A stretch of DNA of 64,000 nt from a bacterium (lineage in GTDB: Bacteria; Krumholzibacteriota; Krumholzibacteriia; LZORAL124-64-63). Below the pieces are notes generated by a model. That model ran no database searches, was not told the DNA's origin, and saw only the letters and a list, made by a program, of their open reading frames with translations. Where the stretch lies: assembly GCA_020440705.1 (NCBI GenBank), contig JAGRNP010000006.1:1404-65403 (forward strand). The letters run 5' to 3'. Below are positions 24,000 through 35,303 of the stretch, one piece after another; the first letter of the stretch is position 1; each line of letters starts with the position of its first letter. Both the position numbers and the translations under genes were made by a program.

Positions 24000-24363
24000 G
24001 CATCGGCCGGGGGCGTGCGGGCACGACCGAACGGCTGCGGCGTCGGGCCGGCGCGCTCCGGTACGTCCCGCTTTGCTCTTGCCCCCGCGGTCGCCTTTTC
24101 CCTACACTCATGCCAGCATCGATCCTCTCGATGCAAGGGGGACCCCACACGGCCAGTCCACATCCTCGCTCACTCTTGCCCGCAGTCCGGGCCGTGGCGT
24201 GTTCGTCCCGGCGTCCCGGCCGACGGGTCCCGCCGGGCCGGGCATGAACCCGCCGACCCGAACGGTGTGATCGCGCCCGTCGCGACGTCCGTCGCCCGAA
24301 CCGGGGGACCATGGCGCCCCGGCGCCGCGATCGGCCCCTGGAACCTGAAAGGATGGTGGCACC

Positions 24364-24807
24364 ATGAAACGTCCGCATCGCAACCTGTCGTGCGTCCCGG
24401 CGATCTGCGCGTTCGTCGCGCTCGTCGGGCTCGCGACGTCGCCGGCGCTGGCCCTGGTCGGGCAGGCCGATTCGGCGCCGTTCCCGCTGAACACCCAGCA
24501 GGCGGCGGCAGCCGGGGTTCCGCTGCTGCGGGACCACCTGGCCTCCTGCGCCCCCAATCCGTTCAACCCGCAGGCCCTGATCCGCTACGAGTTGGCCGGC
24601 CCCACGCCCGTCAAGCTGCGGGTGTACGACCTGCAGGGGCGTCTCGTGCGCACCCTGGTCGACGACGTCGCGGCGGCGGCGGGGCCCTTCGAAGCCGTCT
24701 GGGACGGTCGCGACGACCGCGGCCGCGCGGCGGCGGCCGGCGTCTACCTGTGCCGCCTGGAGACCTCGCGCCGCGTCATGGGGATGCGGATGACCCTCGT
24801 CAAGTGA
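24364..24807 (+). CDS. Small secreted protein consisting almost only of a FlgD-Ig/T9SS-like C-terminal domain
   Basis: Signal peptide (...SPALA), ~30-aa linker, then APNPFNP...VYDLQGRLVRTL...WDGRDD...GVYLCRL...MTLVK. Confidence 0.8.
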   Translation: MKRPHRNLSCVPAICAFVALVGLATSPALALVGQADSAPFPLNTQQAAAAGVPLLRDHLASCAPNPFNPQALIRYELAGPTPVKLRVYDLQGRLVRTLVDDVAAAAGPFEAVWDGRDDRGRAAAAGVYLCRLETSRRVMGMRMTLVK

Positions 24808-24835
24808 GTTCGCCGCCCCGGAAAGGGGGACCGTC

Positions 24836-27058
24836 ATGTTCAAATCGATCTCGACCTTCCTTCCCGCCGGGCCCGTGGCGGCTCTGGTGCTCCTGTGCGG
24901 CGCCGCCGCGTCGAGCGGTCCGTTCGGCGCCGCGCCGGCCCTGGCGGCGTCCGCGCCGGTGGTCAGCAACGTGACCGCCGCGCAGCGGGACAGCACGTTT
25001 CTCGTCGACATCGGCTACGACGTGGCCGACGCCGACGGCGATCCGCTCTTCATCACGATCCTGTTCTCGCCGGACGGCGGCGCCACCTGGCCGGTGATCT
25101 GCCGGTCCGTGTCCGGCGACGCGGGAGCGGGGGTGCTGCCCGGGGACGGCAAATCCGTCGTGTGGGACGCCCGCGCCGACTACCCGGGCATGATTCTCGG
25201 CGCCGGCATCGTGCGCGTGACGGCCAACGACGAACTGCCGATCCCCCGGTTGGCCCGGCTCTTCCGGTCGGCCCTCGACGGGTCCGGCGAACGGGCCCTG
25301 GCCCCCGGGGACACCATCGGCTTCGGCGAGCCCGTGCACATCGGCTGGGAGTTCGCGGCGCCGTCCCTCGCCGGTCTCGATCCGGCCTGGATCGCGGCGC
25401 AGGACTCGGTCGCGCCCTTCGACGACGGCATCCTGGGCGCGAAATGGTTCTCGAGCCTCGACGGCTGCATCCCGGCGCTCGAGGACTGCTGGCACCCGCG
25501 CCGGTTCAACGAGGCGACGGGCGACAGCGACTCGTACTTCGCGCCGGTCTGGGGCCTCGACCTGCGGAACGACGGCTCGGGAGCGGACCTGTCCGGAGCC
25601 CTGCTCCCTTCGGGGGCGTTGCAGCTGCACCTGAACGCCCTGGACATCGTCGGCCTCGAAGCCGGCGACATCACCATCGACCTGGTGGTGAACCACGATC
25701 CCCAGACCATCGTGCTCGACAACGAGACCGACTGGGCCCACCCGGCGGATCCCGAGGTGTACCCGTACTACATCCACCTCGACGACCCGGCGCAGGAGCA
25801 CCACCCGTTCGGCGGCGGCGACCGCGTTCCCGACCGGACCTACGTGGTCTTCAAGGCGCTCGTCCGCGACGATCCGCGCGACCAGCGGCTCGATCCCGGC
25901 CAGTCGGCCCGCCTGACCGGGCACTTCGAGGGCGTCCGCACGAACACCTTCGGCGGCCTGTTCTCCTTCGCCTCGGACGCGAGCGAGATCGCCCCGCCGG
26001 CCTGGCCCGCGACCTGCGACACCTGCTGGGCCGCGGACACGCTCGGGTTCCTGGTCGGGCCCAGCACCGAGTTCACCATGAAGCTCCAGGCGGTCGACGA
26101 GCACGACCGGCGGGACGGGACCCCGGCGTCCCTCGCGTTCGAAGTCGGCTATCCGCCCTGCGTCCAGTGCGTGGAGCTCCTGCCGAAATCCTCGGCCACG
26201 TCGCAGTTCGGGCCCGGTCTCGAGTGCGTGGCGGATCCGGCGGCGAGCCCGTGCCTGGCCGGCACGACGGAGTTCCGGATCACCCAGTCGGGGACCGAGC
26301 CCGATGCCCTGCAGTTCTTCCAGAGCATCTTCATGCTCGTCGACAAGGACACCTACGCCGTGCGCCTGGCCGATTCGAGTGCGGGCCAGGAAGCCACCAA
26401 CTACGTGGTGGACGCCCGCCTCTACCGGATGTCGGTGCTGCTGCACGGGCGGGACGACCCGCGCGACGCGTGGAACCAACCGCTGCGGCGCGTCGGCGGC
26501 TGGCGCTACCAGATCGATCACGAGTGCGACCCCTTCAACCAGCTGCGTGAAGGGGGCGGCCCGGACGACATCCTGGACGTCCTGTGGGGCGAGGACGCCG
26601 CCGGGCTGGTCGACATCAGCAACGTCGACGGTCTGTGGCGTCTGGAGGTCGACGTCGTCGTGCCGTCGATTCTCGTCACTACGGGAGCCGATATCTACCT
26701 GACGGTCCTGACCTTCGCCCAGGCCGGCGGCGATCCCGCGGTGGCGCAGAACATCTTCGACGCGACGACGAAGCAGTTGGGTGCGGGCGTGGTGCAGGCC
26801 GTCGCCCTCGACCAGACCCGGTGCGACGCCTCGCCCGCGCGGCCCGCGCGGTTCCACTATTTCCGGGGTGTGCGGCCGAGCGGCCCGCTGCCGGTCGGCC
26901 TGACGTGGCGGGACTGCTACCTGCCCCTGCCGGGCCTGAAGGGCAGCCTCGAATTGAGCAACGGCGCCATGCAGAGCGGCATGGGCCTGCCGGTCACCAA
27001 GGAGTTCCGGATCGTGGTGGCCACGCCGGCGGGCGACTACGTCTGCTCCGGGCCCTGA
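24836..27058 (+). CDS. Large secreted hypothetical protein (740 aa)
   Basis: AAAGGGGGA SD, signal peptide, N-terminal beta-rich module (APVVSNVTAAQR...VDIGYD...SPDGGATW...VWDA), many Cys. No catalytic motif recognised. Confidence 0.75.
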   Translation: MFKSISTFLPAGPVAALVLLCGAAASSGPFGAAPALAASAPVVSNVTAAQRDSTFLVDIGYDVADADGDPLFITILFSPDGGATWPVICRSVSGDAGAGVLPGDGKSVVWDARADYPGMILGAGIVRVTANDELPIPRLARLFRSALDGSGERALAPGDTIGFGEPVHIGWEFAAPSLAGLDPAWIAAQDSVAPFDDGILGAKWFSSLDGCIPALEDCWHPRRFNEATGDSDSYFAPVWGLDLRNDGSGADLSGALLPSGALQLHLNALDIVGLEAGDITIDLVVNHDPQTIVLDNETDWAHPADPEVYPYYIHLDDPAQEHHPFGGGDRVPDRTYVVFKALVRDDPRDQRLDPGQSARLTGHFEGVRTNTFGGLFSFASDASEIAPPAWPATCDTCWAADTLGFLVGPSTEFTMKLQAVDEHDRRDGTPASLAFEVGYPPCVQCVELLPKSSATSQFGPGLECVADPAASPCLAGTTEFRITQSGTEPDALQFFQSIFMLVDKDTYAVRLADSSAGQEATNYVVDARLYRMSVLLHGRDDPRDAWNQPLRRVGGWRYQIDHECDPFNQLREGGGPDDILDVLWGEDAAGLVDISNVDGLWRLEVDVVVPSILVTTGADIYLTVLTFAQAGGDPAVAQNIFDATTKQLGAGVVQAVALDQTRCDASPARPARFHYFRGVRPSGPLPVGLTWRDCYLPLPGLKGSLELSNGAMQSGMGLPVTKEFRIVVATPAGDYVCSGP

Positions 27059-27078
27059 CGGGACGATCCCGGAAGAAC

Positions 27079-27111
27079 GACGAAGGCTCCGGCATGGCCG
27101 GGGCCTTCGTC
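27079..27111. terminator. Hairpin between convergent genes, probable bidirectional terminator
   Basis: gacgaaggctccggc-atg-gccggggccttcgtc. Confidence 0.6.
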
Positions 27112-27152
27112 CTGCTCCACGGTGACGGCCGCGGTGCTGCCGGTCTGCTTCA

Positions 27153-27830
27153 TCAAACGCTGAGCGAGCGCCCGTTGTGCGACCGGTCCAGGCCCAGGAT
27201 GAGGTCGGCGGCGCGGGGGGCCCACGCGTCGGGCCTGGGATAGGCCCCGGCCGCACCGGCCCAGCACGAGCGCAGCATGTCCGTGTCGATGACGCCGGGA
27301 TTCAGGGCCACGGCCGCCAGCGGCGCCGGCAGTTCGGCGGCGAGGCTGCCGGTGAGCCCCTCGACGGCGTACTTGCTCGCGCAGTAGGGTCCCACCTCGG
27401 GCGAGGTCGAGCGCCCCCAGCCGCTGCTCAGGTTCACGACCACGCCGCGACCGGCGGTGATCATGGCCGGCACGAAGGCCCGGACCACATGCACCGTCCC
27501 GTTCACGTTCACGTCCATCAGGCGGGCGAACTCGTCGGCCGGCACCTCCCACAGGGGGGCGGGGGTGTTCATCAGGGCGGCGTTGTTGATCACCAGATCG
27601 GGTGCGGGGCCCGCCGCGGCGAGACGCGCCGCCCAGGCGGCGACGGCCTCGGCGGCGGCCACGTCCACGGCGGCGAAGTCGTGGGGCGCCCCGTGGAACG
27701 CCGCCAGTTCGGCGCAGGCCGCGGCGTCGCGCCCGCAGCCGAGCACCGTGTGGCCCCGCCGCACGAACTCCACCGCGAGGGCGCGGCCCAGGCCGCGGGT
27801 GGCTCCGGTCAGGACGATGGTGCGGTGCAC
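27153..27830 (-). CDS. SDR family oxidoreductase
   Basis: TGATRGLG, INNAA, NLSSG and YCASK (YxxxK). Confidence 0.92.
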   Translation of the reverse strand: MHRTIVLTGATRGLGRALAVEFVRRGHTVLGCGRDAAACAELAAFHGAPHDFAAVDVAAAEAVAAWAARLAAAGPAPDLVINNAALMNTPAPLWEVPADEFARLMDVNVNGTVHVVRAFVPAMITAGRGVVVNLSSGWGRSTSPEVGPYCASKYAVEGLTGSLAAELPAPLAAVALNPGVIDTDMLRSCWAGAAGAYPRPDAWAPRAADLILGLDRSHNGRSLSV

Positions 27831-27848
27831 GGGAACCTCCTACGCGGC

Positions 27849-28412
27849 TCAGCCCAGGGCCAGACCGCAGTCGGGGCACTCGGTCGCGTCATCGCCCAGA
27901 CCGCAGCCGCAGGCCGGGCAGGCGGACGCATCGAACTCGCGGTACAGGCCTTCGGGGCGGTCCGGATGCAGTTCGGTGTACAGGTCGTCGACGAGGGCCG
28001 CGGCCCGCTCGTAGTCCGGCCGGCGGACGTAGAGTTCGTATTCGTAGCCGTCCAGCACCGAACCGACCGGTTCGAAGCCGGCGCCCCCCTCGGCCAGGGC
28101 GCCGAACACGCGGGAGTAGCTGGGCGTGCCGCCGCGGCCCACGAACCGCGTCCGCGGCAGCAGGGCGGCCGGAATGCCCGCCTCGTGCAGGTGGGCCAGG
28201 TAGACGCGCACGATGTCCTCGTGGTCGCCGGTGACGAGGCCGAGCAGGCCGCCGGCGGCCAGGGACTCCCACGAGGCGGTGTCCAGGGCGCCGGGTTCGG
28301 GTGTGGGCCCGGGCGCGCGGGTCCACTCCAGGGTCACGTTGCAGTCGGCGCAGTTCAGGGCCGTCGGCCGGTACTCGGCACCGCAGGCGGGGCAGGTCTT
28401 CGTCGTCTCCAC
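27849..28412 (-). CDS. Hypothetical protein with N- and C-terminal zinc ribbons around a DUF2007-like core
   Basis: CPAC...CADC and CPACG...CPDCG. Middle LHEAGIPA...LYVRRPDYERA. GTG start after GGAGG. Confidence 0.7.
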   Translation of the reverse strand: METTKTCPACGAEYRPTALNCADCNVTLEWTRAPGPTPEPGALDTASWESLAAGGLLGLVTGDHEDIVRVYLAHLHEAGIPAALLPRTRFVGRGGTPSYSRVFGALAEGGAGFEPVGSVLDGYEYELYVRRPDYERAAALVDDLYTELHPDRPEGLYREFDASACPACGCGLGDDATECPDCGLALG

Positions 28413-28560
28413 TTCACCCTCCAATCCATGGGACGATCCCGTCGTGGTCCGGGGCATCATAGCCCCATCGGGAACCCGGACGCCACCCCGCCGTTCTCCC
28501 GCTTCGCGTCCGCTCCCGGCGGTTCCGGAGGTGTCGCCCGCTGGACGCCGGGTCCCGGTC

Positions 28561-28569
28561 TGCTAGAAT
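28561..28569 (+). promoter_or_regulatory. Extended -10 promoter element
   Basis: TGcTAGAAT 45 nt upstream of ATG 28615. Confidence 0.45.
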
Positions 28570-28614
28570 CACCTGACCTGGGACCGCGGTCCACCCACCC
28601 GGAAGGAACCGATC

Positions 28615-31176
28615 ATGCGACTGCTGCAGAGGAAACCCGTTCGCGCGCTGCTGGCTCTGCTCGCGATCGTCGTCGTCGCCGTCGTGGCGGTGAAGGTCTT
28701 CCTGCCCGCCGAGAAGATCCGCGACCTCGCCCTGGCCCAGGCGCGTCAGAAACTCGGCCGGGAGATCACGGTGGGCGAGGTTTCGGTGTCCCTGCGCGGG
28801 GGCCTGGGGGTGCGGCTGGCCGATTTCGCCGTCCACAACCCGGACGGTTTCGGCGGCGATCCGCTGCTGACCACCGCCGGCCTCGACCTGAAGCTCGCGG
28901 TGCGCCCCCTGCTGCACGGCGAGATCCAGGTGCACCGGCTCGTCCTGGACACGCCGCGGCTGAACCTCGTGCGCCGCGCCGACGGCAGCGACAACTTCAC
29001 CTTCCCGGCGTCGGGCGAGAAGCCGGCCGGAGGGGCGCCGGGCGCCGCGGACGGCGGCGAGGCCCCGCCACCCCTGTCGGTGGCCAGCCTCACCGTGAGC
29101 TCCGGCCGCGTGGCCTACACCGACGAGGGCGCGGCCCCCGACGGCATGCGCGGCACCACCGTCGACGGCCTCGCCCTCGGCCTGAGCCTCGACACGACCG
29201 CGTCGGGCGCCTACCACGCCGAGGGCCGCGCCACCGCCGAACGCCTGGCCGCCGACGCGTCCCGCGACGTGGCGGTCGACAACCTCGTCCTCGACTTCAG
29301 CTTCGACACTCTCGCCGAAGGAATGTACCGCGCGGGCGGGCGCGCCACCGCGGCCCGCCTGGCCGCCGACGGCTCGCCGGGCGTGGCGGTCGACGACCTC
29401 GCCGTCGACTTCGCCGTCGACACGCCCGCGCCCGAGGCCTGGCACGCCACCGGGCGGACCTCGGCCCGCCGCATCGCCGTCACCGGCCCCGGCCAGGTGC
29501 CCGAGCTCGACGCCGGCCTCGACTTCGACCTGACCTGGGACGGCGGCCAACGGCAGCTCGACCTGGCCCGCGTGGCCGGCGAGGTGCTCGGCCTGCCCCT
29601 CGCGGCCGCCGGCACCGTGGCGGTGGCCGACGGCGGCGCGCGGGGTTCGCTCCGGGTGCAGATGGCCGACCAGCCCCTCGCGCGCCTGAAGCCCTTCCTG
29701 CCGGCCGACCTGCAGCCCCGCTTCACGGCCGACGGGAAGAGCGGCACCGTGTCCGCGACGGCCGACCTGACCCTCACCGGCAGGCAGGACGTCCCGGTCC
29801 ACACCCGCGCCGAGATCCGGGCCCGCGACGTGGACCTGGCCCTGGCCCAGCCCTTCCTGCCGCCGGGCCAGAAGGGCCGGCTCGCGGGCCGCGGCGACGT
29901 GGCCGCCACCGTCGTCGACACCACCGGCAACCCCGACCGGATCGACTACCGGGGGACCGCGACCGTGCGCGAGGCGTCCTACACCGAGTCGGGCCTGGTC
30001 GACGAGCTGCAGAAGCTCGACGGCCGCGTGACCTTCACGCCGACCGCTTTCGTGGTCGAGCAGAGCCGCGCCGTCTTCGCCTCGGGCACCTTCGATCTGA
30101 CCGGCCGCCTCGACGACCCGTTCCCGTACTTCCTGCCGCCGGAGCTGCAGGCGGGCAAGGCGATGAAGACGCCGCGCCTCGGCTTCGCGCTGCACGCGAA
30201 GAAGCTCGACGTCGACCGCCTGATCCCGGCGGCCAGCCCCACGGGCGCGGCCGCGCCGGGCGCCGGGCCCGGCATGACGCGCAAGTCGCCGGTGCCGGAC
30301 GGCGTCGAGTTCCCGGACATCGTCTGCGACGGCACCGTCGCCGCCGACACGGTGGTGTACATGCAGGTGCCGCTGACGCAGGTGAAGGGGCAGGTGAAGG
30401 TGCGCGACCGCCGGCTCAGCGTGCAGGACGTGACGGCCGCCGTGTACCGCGGCACGGTCGCCGGCCAGGTCGACATCGACCTGAACGACCTGCAGCGTCC
30501 GGCCTACAGCGGCAACTACGCCGCGCGCAACATCGAGGTGAACGACTTCATGACCCGCTTCGCCGGCCTGTCCGGCGTGCTCTTCGGGGCCTGCAACTTC
30601 GGCGGCGACTTCGCGGCGGCCGGCTTCGATCCGGAGGCCATCCGCAACAGCCTGACCCTCGACGCCGACGCCCTCGTGGCCCAGGGCAAGGTCGTCACGC
30701 AGGGAAAGGTGTACGAGTCGCTGCACACCGTGGCGACGAAGACGGGGGGCAGCTTCGACCAGGAGCAGGCCCTGCGCGACCTGGCGACCCACGTGAAGGT
30801 GCAGGACGGCCGCGTGGGCGTGAGCGAGCTGACCACGCGCCTGGGCCGATTCGCCGACGTGACCGTCGACGGCTCCTATGCCTTCGCGGGCGACCTGGAC
30901 TACCGCGGCACCCTGCTGCTGACCGAGACCCAGACCGCCGAGATCTTCGCCCGCGGGCCCATGGCGGAACTGGCGAAGCTGCTGGGCTCCCGGCAACCCG
31001 CGCGGCTGCGCCTGCCCATCTCGGTCGGCGGCACGCGCACCGATCCGAAGGTGAAGATCGAGCTCGACGGGGTGGTGGACGAACTGCAGAAGCTGGTCGT
31101 CAAGGAGCAGGGGCAGAAGCTGGAGGACGAGGCGAAGCAGAAGGTGGGCGACCTGCTGAAGAAGTGGAAGAAGTGA
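28615..31176 (+). CDS. AsmA-family (repeating beta-groove) protein
   Basis: N-terminal TM anchor then chorein-like start ([14 protein letters not shown]...), long amphipathic beta-strand pattern, C-terminal [14 protein letters not shown]. Confidence 0.85.
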   Translation: MRLLQRKPVRALLALLAIVVVAVVAVKVFLPAEKIRDLALAQARQKLGREITVGEVSVSLRGGLGVRLADFAVHNPDGFGGDPLLTTAGLDLKLAVRPLLHGEIQVHRLVLDTPRLNLVRRADGSDNFTFPASGEKPAGGAPGAADGGEAPPPLSVASLTVSSGRVAYTDEGAAPDGMRGTTVDGLALGLSLDTTASGAYHAEGRATAERLAADASRDVAVDNLVLDFSFDTLAEGMYRAGGRATAARLAADGSPGVAVDDLAVDFAVDTPAPEAWHATGRTSARRIAVTGPGQVPELDAGLDFDLTWDGGQRQLDLARVAGEVLGLPLAAAGTVAVADGGARGSLRVQMADQPLARLKPFLPADLQPRFTADGKSGTVSATADLTLTGRQDVPVHTRAEIRARDVDLALAQPFLPPGQKGRLAGRGDVAATVVDTTGNPDRIDYRGTATVREASYTESGLVDELQKLDGRVTFTPTAFVVEQSRAVFASGTFDLTGRLDDPFPYFLPPELQAGKAMKTPRLGFALHAKKLDVDRLIPAASPTGAAAPGAGPGMTRKSPVPDGVEFPDIVCDGTVAADTVVYMQVPLTQVKGQVKVRDRRLSVQDVTAAVYRGTVAGQVDIDLNDLQRPAYSGNYAARNIEVNDFMTRFAGLSGVLFGACNFGGDFAAAGFDPEAIRNSLTLDADALVAQGKVVTQGKVYESLHTVATKTGGSFDQEQALRDLATHVKVQDGRVGVSELTTRLGRFADVTVDGSYAFAGDLDYRGTLLLTETQTAEIFARGPMAELAKLLGSRQPARLRLPISVGGTRTDPKVKIELDGVVDELQKLVVKEQGQKLEDEAKQKVGDLLKKWKK
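29191..29532 (+). repeat. Three tandem in-frame 114-bp (38-aa) repeats inside the AsmA-like gene
   Basis: Units start at 29191, 29305 and 29419: [22 protein letters not shown]..., [22 protein letters not shown]..., [21 protein letters not shown]... Confidence 0.85.
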
Positions 31177-31197
31177 CCTCGGCCGACCGGCCCGCAA

Positions 31198-31232
31198 CGG
31201 GAAGGCCGGACCGCGGTGGTCCGGCCTTCCCG
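31198..31232. terminator. Perfect 15-bp hairpin between convergent genes
   Basis: cgggaaggccggacc-gcggt-ggtccggccttcccg. Confidence 0.75.
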
Positions 31233-31260
31233 GCGTGACGGCTCCGCCCGGGGCAGGGCA

Positions 31261-33333
<2,073 letters not shown>

Positions 33334-33543
33334 GAACGGGCTCCTTGGTCTGGGTGCGGGGATCGTGAAGGGGGCGGCGACACTACGCCCGCCCCCGGCG
33401 ATTGTTGCAGGCGGGGCAGCGGGGTCCGGATCCGGGAGTCGACATGGGCCCCCCGCTTGTGCTAGGGTTTTCTGTAGGGCAGGGGCCGCGGCGCCGTTCG
33501 GCGGACGCGGCCTGGTCGCATGTTCCGCATCCCGAGGTGACCC

Positions 33544-34503
33544 TTGAGCGCTCCCCACCCGACTCCGCCGCATCTCGGCGACGACCGCAACTTCCGCACC
33601 TTCATCGAGACGATCGACGAGATCGTGCTCATCGCCAGCCGGCAGGGCCGCATCGTGTACACGAATCCGGCGACCACGCGCATTCTCGGCTTCACGCCGG
33701 CGGAACTGCTCGACATGGCGGTGCCCGACATCCACCCCGAGTGGTGCCGCGAGGAGGCGGTCGCCATCCTCGGCGAGATGCTGGACGGCAGGCGGCAGTC
33801 CTGCCCGTTGCCCCTGCGCGGCAAGGACGGCCGCATCGTGCCCGTGGAGACGCGCGTGTGGTTCGGCCGCTGGAGCGGCCAGGACTGCATCTTCGGCCTG
33901 TGCAAGAACCTGTCGGCCGAGCAGGAGGCGCTGGAGAAGTTCGAGAAGGTGTTCCGGGTCAACCCCGCTCCCATGGCCCTCTCGGACGGCGAGACGCGGC
34001 GGTTCCTGGAGATCAACGCCGCCTATTCGCGGGTGCTCGGCTGGGAACCGGACGACGTGGTCGGGCGCACGGTCTTCGACCTCGACATGGCGGTCGACCC
34101 GGAAGCCTTCCGGCAGGCCGGCGGCATGATGAGCCGCTACGGCGTGATCCGCGACGTCCCCCTGCAGGTGCGGAGCAGGGACGGCAACGTGCACGACGGG
34201 CTCTTCTCGGGCGAGGTGATCCGGGGCCAGGGCCGCACCTACCTGCTGACCGTGATGGTCGACGTGACGGCCCAGCGCAAGGCCGAGTTCGAACGCGAGC
34301 AGGTCATCCGCGAGCTTCGCAGCGCCCTCGACCAGATCGAGGCCCTGCAGCGCATCCTGCCCATCTGTGCGCACTGCAAGAAGATCCGCGACGACCAGGG
34401 CTACTGGCAGCAGGTCGAGGCCTATGTTTCCAGCCACACCGGCGCCCGATTCAGCCATGGGATCTGCCCGGACTGCAGGGAAGAGCACTTCGGGGATCTG
34501 TAG
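33544..34503 (+). CDS. PAS-PAS protein with C-terminal Cys/His motif domain ([13 protein letters not shown]...SHGICPDC)
   Basis: TTG start after GAGGTG. Two PAS-like segments, a coiled coil, then CxxC...H...CxxC. No kinase, GGDEF or HTH output. Confidence 0.85.
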   Translation: MSAPHPTPPHLGDDRNFRTFIETIDEIVLIASRQGRIVYTNPATTRILGFTPAELLDMAVPDIHPEWCREEAVAILGEMLDGRRQSCPLPLRGKDGRIVPVETRVWFGRWSGQDCIFGLCKNLSAEQEALEKFEKVFRVNPAPMALSDGETRRFLEINAAYSRVLGWEPDDVVGRTVFDLDMAVDPEAFRQAGGMMSRYGVIRDVPLQVRSRDGNVHDGLFSGEVIRGQGRTYLLTVMVDVTAQRKAEFEREQVIRELRSALDQIEALQRILPICAHCKKIRDDQGYWQQVEAYVSSHTGARFSHGICPDCREEHFGDL

Positions 34504-34526
34504 CCAGACCCCCGTGGCGAAGACAT

Positions 34527-35177
34527 TCAGGCTTCGGGGTCGGCCTCCGGATAGAGTCCAGCCTCGCGCCTGCTCATCTCCCCGGCGATGATCGCCGCGT
34601 CTCCGCCCTGGGCGTCCAGCTTCCCCCTGATGTTCCGGAAACTCGCCGCATCCCGGTTCTGGCTCAGCTTGGTCACGTGGTCGAGCTCGGTGACCACGAT
34701 CTCGAACCCCGAGATCATGGGCAGGAACTGCGCCTTGTACGCGTCCGGCAGGTTGGCGAAGTAGGTCGGCGAGGATTCGTCGCCGTTCTCGAAGTGCAGC
34801 GACAGCCGCCGCATGACCGCGGCCAGTTCGTCACCGCCGAAGAGCCGGATGGTGCCGCGGGCGTGCACGCTGAGGTAGTTCCAGGTCGAGCCCACGCCGG
34901 GCTCGGTGTACCACGACGCACTGACGTAGGTGTGGGCGCCGGTGAACACCGCCAGCACCCGGGGATTCGCCGCGAAGGCCTTGTGGTGGTCCGAGGCCTT
35001 GGCCAGGTGGCCGGTCAGGACGAGGCGGCCGTCGCGCTCGTCGGTGAAGACCGGGACCTGGGTGGCCACGGGGCGCCCGTCGGCGTCGCAGCCGGCGAGC
35101 AGCACGAAGGGGTGGGCGGTCATGAAGGCCCGCACGGCCGCGGGGTCCTCGTCCTTGAAGTAGGGGCGGTCGTACAT
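34527..35177 (-). CDS. FMN-binding split-barrel protein, PaiB family
   Basis: MYDRPYF..., [30 protein letters not shown] and KLSQNR. Confidence 0.88.
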   Translation of the reverse strand: MYDRPYFKDEDPAAVRAFMTAHPFVLLAGCDADGRPVATQVPVFTDERDGRLVLTGHLAKASDHHKAFAANPRVLAVFTGAHTYVSASWYTEPGVGSTWNYLSVHARGTIRLFGGDELAAVMRRLSLHFENGDESSPTYFANLPDAYKAQFLPMISGFEIVVTELDHVTKLSQNRDAASFRNIRGKLDAQGGDAAIIAGEMSRREAGLYPEADPEA

Positions 35178-35303
35178 GGAACTCCTGGGCGGTCGGGGTG
35201 GGCCGGAGATCGGGTCGGACCACCCCATTATTGCCTCGGATGCCCCGATGCGCCATATTCCCCCCTTCACCCGTCCTGAACCCGCTTTCCGAGGTGATCC
35301 GAC

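Noticed and set aside
24000-24363. Long GC-rich leader with several possible hairpins before the CTD-only gene
   Set aside because: No recognisable riboswitch or ncRNA consensus, and hairpins are expected by chance at this GC content. An Rfam/Infernal search would be needed to say more.
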